Source: an uncultured Bacteroidales bacterium (lineage in GTDB: Bacteria; Bacteroidota; Bacteroidia; Bacteroidales; FEN-979). From it: a stretch of DNA of 64,000 nucleotides. Numbering within the stretch: the first letter of the stretch is position 1; each line of letters starts with the position of its first letter. Below, one piece after another: positions 58,473 through 64,000 of the stretch. The position numbers were made by a program, and so were the translations under genes. Below the pieces are notes generated by a model. It was not told the origin of the DNA. It made no database searches and saw only the letters and a program-made list of their open reading frames with translations. The stretch covers positions 78,972 to 142,971 of the forward strand of contig CAJBYO010000029.1 of assembly GCA_903959905.1 (NCBI GenBank), given 5' to 3'.

Positions 58473-59492
58473 TTAATCTTTACAACACCTCACCGAGAAA
58501 CCATTCGTTTTAAAGTTGAAATTCCTTGTTATCTCTGCATTGTTTGCATCCAGCACAAAGTTCCATGCATTAACCGACGCTGTATCCGAAGAAGACCACA
58601 TGTAGGCTACGTTTCCGATGGAATAATAGGTGCCGTAATTGATCCGGTAACCTCCCGGGATGGCGTTGAACCCGCTGGTGTTTGTTGCATCTGTATTTGG
58701 TGCATACCAGAGCCCGGTTCCGCCTTCGATGGTGCCTGTTGCCTTCAGTTTGCCACCAGCCGTTGAGTTGCCCCCAAGGAATGCCCCAAGGGTAGCCCAT
58801 TCTCCATCGGACGGTATATGCCAGCCGGTTGGACAAAGGCCCCGGCTGTCGTTCAAAGCATGCCAGTTATACAGTCCACCGTAAGTTGAAATGTTTGCAT
58901 CAAGGTTGTCGTAGGAACAGTAAGCCCCGGTTGCGAGGGTTTTCCATGCGTTATCACCAGTTACCTTGGCGATGGCATCGCCATTGCGGTAATGTGTCAC
59001 CCTGAGATTTGAACCAAGCCATTTCTGGGTTCCGATTGAAACGACAGTATAAATGTTATCGTCAACATCTTTCACCGTGACCGGGATGATCTTTCCGGTC
59101 CTGAATGAAATTAAATTCCCGTATGCTGTGCCGGCACTGTTTACCGCATAGGCTTTGACATAATATACGGTGTCGGCAAGCAGATTCGTCATGGTGCCGG
59201 TAAATGAACCCGTTCCTGTTCCGGCAGCTGTTTTCATATCTGCGGTTGTAGGTTTGTCATACAGGCTCCAGCAGATGCCTCTCCCGGTTACGGCTGCCCC
59301 TCCGTCGGAGGAGATTGTGCCGCCACTCTCCGCGCTGTTTGTGGTAATGGAGGCAGCAGGACTGGTGGAGAGAACTGACAGGGTTGGTGCCGGAACCGGT
59401 GCAGGTTCTTCCTTTTTTGAGCATCCGCCTGCGATGATGATGGCCAGGATTCCGGAAAAAAGGAACATCCGGGTGATGAAAAAGATTTTCAT
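58473..59492 (-). CDS. FN3 + FISUMP (Fibrobacter succinogenes major paralogous) domain lipoprotein
   Basis: AGGC lipobox; YYVKAYAVN..GT.YG, IGTQ.W..NL, YG.LYNW, CPTGWHIPS..EW and GFSVRC motifs. Confidence 0.9.
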   Translation of the reverse strand: MKIFFITRMFLFSGILAIIIAGGCSKKEEPAPVPAPTLSVLSTSPAASITTNSAESGGTISSDGGAAVTGRGICWSLYDKPTTADMKTAAGTGTGSFTGTMTNLLADTVYYVKAYAVNSAGTAYGNLISFRTGKIIPVTVKDVDDNIYTVVSIGTQKWLGSNLRVTHYRNGDAIAKVTGDNAWKTLATGAYCSYDNLDANISTYGGLYNWHALNDSRGLCPTGWHIPSDGEWATLGAFLGGNSTAGGKLKATGTIEGGTGLWYAPNTDATNTSGFNAIPGGYRINYGTYYSIGNVAYMWSSSDTASVNAWNFVLDANNAEITRNFNFKTNGFSVRCCKD

Positions 59493-59838
59493 AAATATTT
59501 TATTGGTTATCAGTGCCTTTTATGATATTACCCGGGATTGCTCCGGGCAATAATTGGGTTGTGATGGTAAAAATACGACATTTTTTTGCTATATTCGCCA
59601 TGTATTTGTTACGCTTTCATTTGTTGATTGCCTTTGAAATCCGCTTCAGGCCTTATGAAAACAGTACCCCACATCCATCCCCTGATGAAAAGTTACAGAC
59701 GCCTGTACAGTTGTCTGATGTTCTACAATTAAGCTTTTCATGACGTGGTTCCGGCAATTATTCTACACTGCCGGTGAAACCTTTTGCCCGGATCATTTCT
59801 CTTTCTTTCCAGGTTTTGTATCTTTCAAGGATTCAATC

Positions 59839-62301
59839 ATGTTTGAAAAAATTATCATACATACAAGTTCGCCCGAGCGGCCCGCTTCAGTCGGAACTGC
59901 TGCCGGTCAGAGGGATAATCAGGATTCAGGCCCGGGGATGAATGACCGGATCAGGAAACTCCGGAAAATCTCAACAGAGGCGGTTCCTTCGCTTTCAATT
60001 GAACGCGCACTGCATGAAACTGTCTTTTACCGGGAGCATTACGGCACCTGTTCCATCCCTGTTCTGCGTGCCCTGACTTTCCTGGATCACTGCCGGAAAA
60101 AGACCATCTACCTTGGTGAAGGGGAACTGATCGTTGGTGAACGCGGACCGGCACCCAAGGTGGTTCCCACCTTCCCGGAACTGACCTGTCACAGTGTTGA
60201 GGATTTTCATGTGCTCAACAGCCGCGACATGCAGCGTTATACCATCAGCCAGGAAGATATTGACCAGTATGAAAGGGAGGTTATCCCTTACTGGAAGGGA
60301 AAAACCCAGCGGGAGCGTATATTCGGCCATGTTCCCCCGGAATGGAAAGCGGCCTATGAGGCAGGCCTATTTACCGAGTTCATGGAGCAGCGGGCCCCCG
60401 GTCATACAGCACTCGACGGTAAGATTTACCGGAAGGGCATGCTTGATTTTAAAAAGGAGATTGCAGGGAAAATAGCCGCATTGGATTTTCTGAATGATCC
60501 GGAAGCGACAGATAAGTCGGAACAGTGGAAAGCCATGGATATTGCCTGCGATGCGGTGATCCTGTTTGCCGAACGGCATGCCGCACTGGCAGATGAACTT
60601 GCCCTTGTTGAACGTGACCCGTTGCGTGCTGCCGAACTGAAGGAGATTGCAAGTGTGTGCAGGCACGTTCCGGCCCATGCACCGCGGAATTTCCGGGAAG
60701 CGATCCAGATGTACTGGTTTGTACACCTGGGGACCATCACAGAACTTAACGGCTGGGATGCCATGAACCCGGGCCATTTTGACCAGCACCTCACCCCGTT
60801 TTATGAGCGGGAAGTTGCCGCCGGAACACTCACAAGGGATAAGGCAAAAGAACTGATTTCCTGTTTTTGGATCAAAGTTAACAATCATCCTGCCCCGCCA
60901 AAGGTGGGTGTTACCGCCCGGGAGAGTGGTACGTACAATGATTTTACCAATATCAACATCGGCGGGCTAAAGGGCGACGGCAGCGACGGTACCAGCGAGA
61001 TTTCCTATATCATGCTGGAAGTGATCGAGGAACTGCATATTCTCCAGCCCGGGAATTCCGTGCATATCAGCGCGAAAACGCCTGATAAGTTTCTTCACGC
61101 GGCAACACGTGTAATCAGGCAGGGTCATGGATACCCTTCGGTGTTCAATCCCGATGTTTATATACTGGAACTGCTTCGCCAGGGAAAATCGCTGCAGGAT
61201 GCACGCGAAGGCGGCTGCAGTGGCTGTATTGAGGTAGGTGCCTTTGGAAAGGAGGCTTTCCTGCTTACCGGGTATCTCAATGTACCAAAGATCCTGGAAA
61301 TCACCCTTAACAATGGTGTTGACCCGGTAACCGGTAAATGTGTCGGATTGAAAACAGGCGATCCCAGGTCTTTTGACAGTTTTGAAAAGTTGTATGAGGC
61401 ATTTATTCAGCAACTCAATTTTGTAGTTGATATAAAAATGCGGGTAAGCAACTACATTGACCGGATGTTTGCCAAATATGCCCCTGCCCCCTTTCTTTCT
61501 GTGGTCATTGATGATTGCATCGTGAACGGGAAAGACTATTACGACGGTGGGCCGCGGTACAACACCAGTTACATCCAGTGCTGCGGCCTCAGTACGGTTA
61601 CCGACAGCCTCTCTGCGATCAGAAAGCATGTATTTGAAGACAAAGCTTTCAGCATGGACAGGCTGCTGAATGCTGTGCTCAATAACTTTGAGGGGGAAAC
61701 CGTTATGCGGCAGCGCATCATGAACCGTACTCCTTTTTTCGGGAATGATGATGATTATGCCGATGAAATTGCTGTAAAGGTTTACAACGACCTTGTTGCT
61801 GCCATCGACGGCAAGCCCAACATCAAACCCGGCGGCAAATACCACCTGAACATGCTGTCAACCACATGCCATGTCTATTTTGGCAAGGTGATGGGTGCCA
61901 CCCCGAACGGCAGGCTGGCCGGAAAATCAATCTCCGACGGCACCTCACCATCCCATGGGGCGGATACCTGCGGGCCTTCGGCCGTGGTCAAATCGCTGGC
62001 AAAGCTTGACCATGTAAAATCAGGTGGCACACTCTTAAATCAACGTTTCCTGCCAAGTCTGCTTAAAAAGGAGGAGGATATTAAAAAACTCGGGCAGCTG
62101 ATCAGGAGCTATTTTACATTGGGAGGCCACCATATTCAGTTCAATATTGTGGATACCGCCACATTGCTGGCGGCACAGGCATGTCCCGAAGATTACCGCG
62201 ACCTGCTTGTACGCATGGCCGGATACAGCGATTATTTCAACGACATGAACGCAGATTTACAACAGGAAGTAATAGAAAGGACTGAAAATGATATGCTATA
62301 A
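59839..62301 (+). CDS. hypD: Glycyl radical enzyme, trans-4-hydroxy-L-proline dehydratase (start 59839 or 59938)
   Basis: EQRAPGHT, WDAMNPG, ESGTYNDF, SGCIE, LTGY, STTCH and VRMAGYS, matching the HypD active-site set as recalled. Confidence 0.8.
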   Translation: MFEKIIIHTSSPERPASVGTAAGQRDNQDSGPGMNDRIRKLRKISTEAVPSLSIERALHETVFYREHYGTCSIPVLRALTFLDHCRKKTIYLGEGELIVGERGPAPKVVPTFPELTCHSVEDFHVLNSRDMQRYTISQEDIDQYEREVIPYWKGKTQRERIFGHVPPEWKAAYEAGLFTEFMEQRAPGHTALDGKIYRKGMLDFKKEIAGKIAALDFLNDPEATDKSEQWKAMDIACDAVILFAERHAALADELALVERDPLRAAELKEIASVCRHVPAHAPRNFREAIQMYWFVHLGTITELNGWDAMNPGHFDQHLTPFYEREVAAGTLTRDKAKELISCFWIKVNNHPAPPKVGVTARESGTYNDFTNINIGGLKGDGSDGTSEISYIMLEVIEELHILQPGNSVHISAKTPDKFLHAATRVIRQGHGYPSVFNPDVYILELLRQGKSLQDAREGGCSGCIEVGAFGKEAFLLTGYLNVPKILEITLNNGVDPVTGKCVGLKTGDPRSFDSFEKLYEAFIQQLNFVVDIKMRVSNYIDRMFAKYAPAPFLSVVIDDCIVNGKDYYDGGPRYNTSYIQCCGLSTVTDSLSAIRKHVFEDKAFSMDRLLNAVLNNFEGETVMRQRIMNRTPFFGNDDDYADEIAVKVYNDLVAAIDGKPNIKPGGKYHLNMLSTTCHVYFGKVMGATPNGRLAGKSISDGTSPSHGADTCGPSAVVKSLAKLDHVKSGGTLLNQRFLPSLLKKEEDIKKLGQLIRSYFTLGGHHIQFNIVDTATLLAAQACPEDYRDLLVRMAGYSDYFNDMNADLQQEVIERTENDML

Positions 62302-62305
62302 GGAT

Positions 62306-62437
62306 AATTTCAGATTGGACGATTTTAGAATGACGATTGAATTGAACAATTGACGATGTACGATTGGTAGCGCTGCTAATCGTAAATCGTCAATTTTTTC
62401 AATTCAATCTGAAATCGTTAATCCCATAATCGTAAAT
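62306..62437. repeat. Hairpin element, family C, second copy
   Basis: GCTAATCGTAAATCGTCAATTTTTTCAATTCAATCTGAAATCGTTAATCCCA resembles the reverse complement of 18539-18590. Confidence 0.88.
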
Positions 62438-62440
62438 AAA

Positions 62441-63349
62441 TTGACATCCGGTCTTATTTTTGATATCAAACGTTACGCCATCAACGACGGTCCCGGCATT
62501 CGGGTGGTTGTCTTTTTTAAAGGTTGTAACCTGCATTGCGCCTGGTGCCACAACCCTGAGGGGATGGCAGCAGTACCTGAGAAAATGTTCACTCCTTCAA
62601 AGTGCATCAGCTGCGGAACATGTGTCAGTGCATGTCCTGAGGAGGCCATTACGCTCACCGCCCATGGCATTGTCACCAATACCGACCTGTGTAGGAGTTG
62701 CGGTATTTGCGCCGAAGTTTGTCCCACCATGGCCATAGAGATGTCTGGCAGGGAAATGACGGTTCCTGAAATCATGGATGTTATTGAAAAGGAGCGGATA
62801 TTTTTTGAGCAGTCGGGTGGCGGGGTAACATTTTCCGGCGGGGAGCCGATGATACAGTCGAAGGTGTTGATAGAATTGCTTGATGAATGTGGCAAGCGCG
62901 GCATCCACCGGGCGGTTGACACCGCCGGGCATGTTAACACGGATGTTCTGCTGGAGGTTGCGCAAAGAACCGACCTGTTCCTGTATGACCTTAAGGTGAT
63001 GGACCCGGAATTACATGCAAAATGGACAGGATTAACCAACGATAAAATCCTCACGAACCTCAGGGCCGTAGCCAGAACCGGAGTGCCGGTCATTATCCGT
63101 ATCCCGCTGGTGGGCGGGGTGAATGACCATGAAGACAACATCAGGCAGACTGCCGAATTCCTGTATTCTATTCCGATGAAAGGAGCAGAGGTGCACCTGT
63201 TGCCTTATCATGCCATCGCCCGGCACAAATATGAGAAATTAAGCCGGCCTGAAGAATTTGAGTTGATGGAAGAGCCTGGCCCGGGGCGTCTTGAAGAAGT
63301 TGTTGCATTGTTCAGGGGGTATGGGATGAAGGTGCAGGTGGGAGGATAG
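62441..63349 (+). CDS. Glycyl-radical enzyme activating protein (radical SAM + ferredoxin insert)
   Basis: DGPGIR..F.KGCNLHCAWCHNPE, two CxxCxxCxxxC motifs, GVTFSGGEP. Confidence 0.95.
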   Translation: MTSGLIFDIKRYAINDGPGIRVVVFFKGCNLHCAWCHNPEGMAAVPEKMFTPSKCISCGTCVSACPEEAITLTAHGIVTNTDLCRSCGICAEVCPTMAIEMSGREMTVPEIMDVIEKERIFFEQSGGGVTFSGGEPMIQSKVLIELLDECGKRGIHRAVDTAGHVNTDVLLEVAQRTDLFLYDLKVMDPELHAKWTGLTNDKILTNLRAVARTGVPVIIRIPLVGGVNDHEDNIRQTAEFLYSIPMKGAEVHLLPYHAIARHKYEKLSRPEEFELMEEPGPGRLEEVVALFRGYGMKVQVGG

Positions 63350-63381
63350 GAGGAGATGGTGAAATGGTGAGATGGGGGAAG

Positions 63382-64000
63382 TTATTTTCCGGGAAGGGTG
63401 AAGATGAATCGGCTGCCTTTGCCTGGTTCGCTTTCCACGCGGATGGTTCCTTCGTGTTTTTCAATGAATTCGTTACAAAGGATGAGCCCTAGTCCTGAGC
63501 CGCGTTCCTTTTCTGTTCCCTTTCGGGTATACTTGTTGTCAAGCTGGAAGATCTTGCTGATGTTTTCCTTTGCAATGCCGATCCCGGTGTCGCTGACAAA
63601 GACCTCAATGAAACCGGCCGTCTGATGAATCCCCGCAGTCACTGTGCCCTGCTGTTCTGTGAATTTGATGGCGTTGGTAAGCAGATTGCGCAGGACGGTA
63701 TCAATCATACGAACATCACCGAATACAGTGATGGGTTCTTCCATGTTGCAGGAGAGGGTGATGTTTTTTTTCTCCGCCTGGCTTTTAACCAGGTCAAGGT
63801 TCTCCCTGATCCTTTCGGCAAGGTTAAAATGAACCGGTTCAAAATCCAGGGCACCGGTCTGCGACCTTGCCCAGATCAGCAGGTTTTGCAGCAGATCAAA
63901 GGTGTGCCTGGCTGTTTCACGGATGTCGGTTACAGTTTTACGAATCTTGTCGGGCTCTTTCACATTTTCATTCCCCAGTGCCATTTCCGACAGGCCAAGG
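63382..64000 (-). CDS. Sensor histidine kinase, C-terminal part (runs off the window)
   Basis: LLQNLLIWAR, NLLTNAIKF, DTGIG and GSGLGL motifs. Confidence 0.92.
   Translation of the reverse strand, partial: LGLSEMALGNENVKEPDKIRKTVTDIRETARHTFDLLQNLLIWARSQTGALDFEPVHFNLAERIRENLDLVKSQAEKKNITLSCNMEEPITVFGDVRMIDTVLRNLLTNAIKFTEQQGTVTAGIHQTAGFIEVFVSDTGIGIAKENISKIFQLDNKYTRKGTEKERGSGLGLILCNEFIEKHEGTIRVESEPGKGSRFIFTLPGK

Noticed and set aside
59740-59937. Riboswitch or long N-terminal extension before hypD
   Set aside because: Only weak hairpins and no recognisable aptamer; the 59740 start lies upstream of a promoter-like TATCTTTC, so 59839 or 59938 is preferred

Overview
A 64 kb chromosomal window from a Bacteroidota (probably Bacteroidales) genome, judged by TAnnTTTG promoters, a T9SS C-terminal domain and ECF-sigma/FecR/TonB loci. 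The coding content is mostly amino-acid catabolism. Fermentative or O2-independent genes are tnaA, ptb-permease-buk, an aromatic amino acid decarboxylase and the glycyl-radical hydroxyproline dehydratase hypD with its activase. An O2-dependent Phe/Tyr operon (scoAB-hmgA-hppD-fahA-flavin reductase-phhA) sits alongside them. Also present are a tandem-fused UvrA, two ABC-F genes, arfB, phosphatases, tRNA-Ala(CGC) and a decaying accessory block (about 8.3-18.3 kb). The most striking signal is non-coding: many intergenic spaces hold 7-9 nt tandem arrays or 95-140 bp hairpin elements from at least eight families. One family occurs both as a filled element (45 bp inverted arms around a GxxExxY PD-(D/E)XK-type nuclease gene) and as two nearby empty ~140 bp copies. 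Two other families sit in frame inside uvrA. The elements lie in strand-polarised G/C-skew halos that extend into neighbouring codons. Together this suggests a nuclease-associated, repeat-armed mobile or self-propagating system; the mechanism is inference. A promoter-to-terminator, multi-hairpin candidate sRNA lies at about 26185-26358 (-). All calls are by eye, without database searches.
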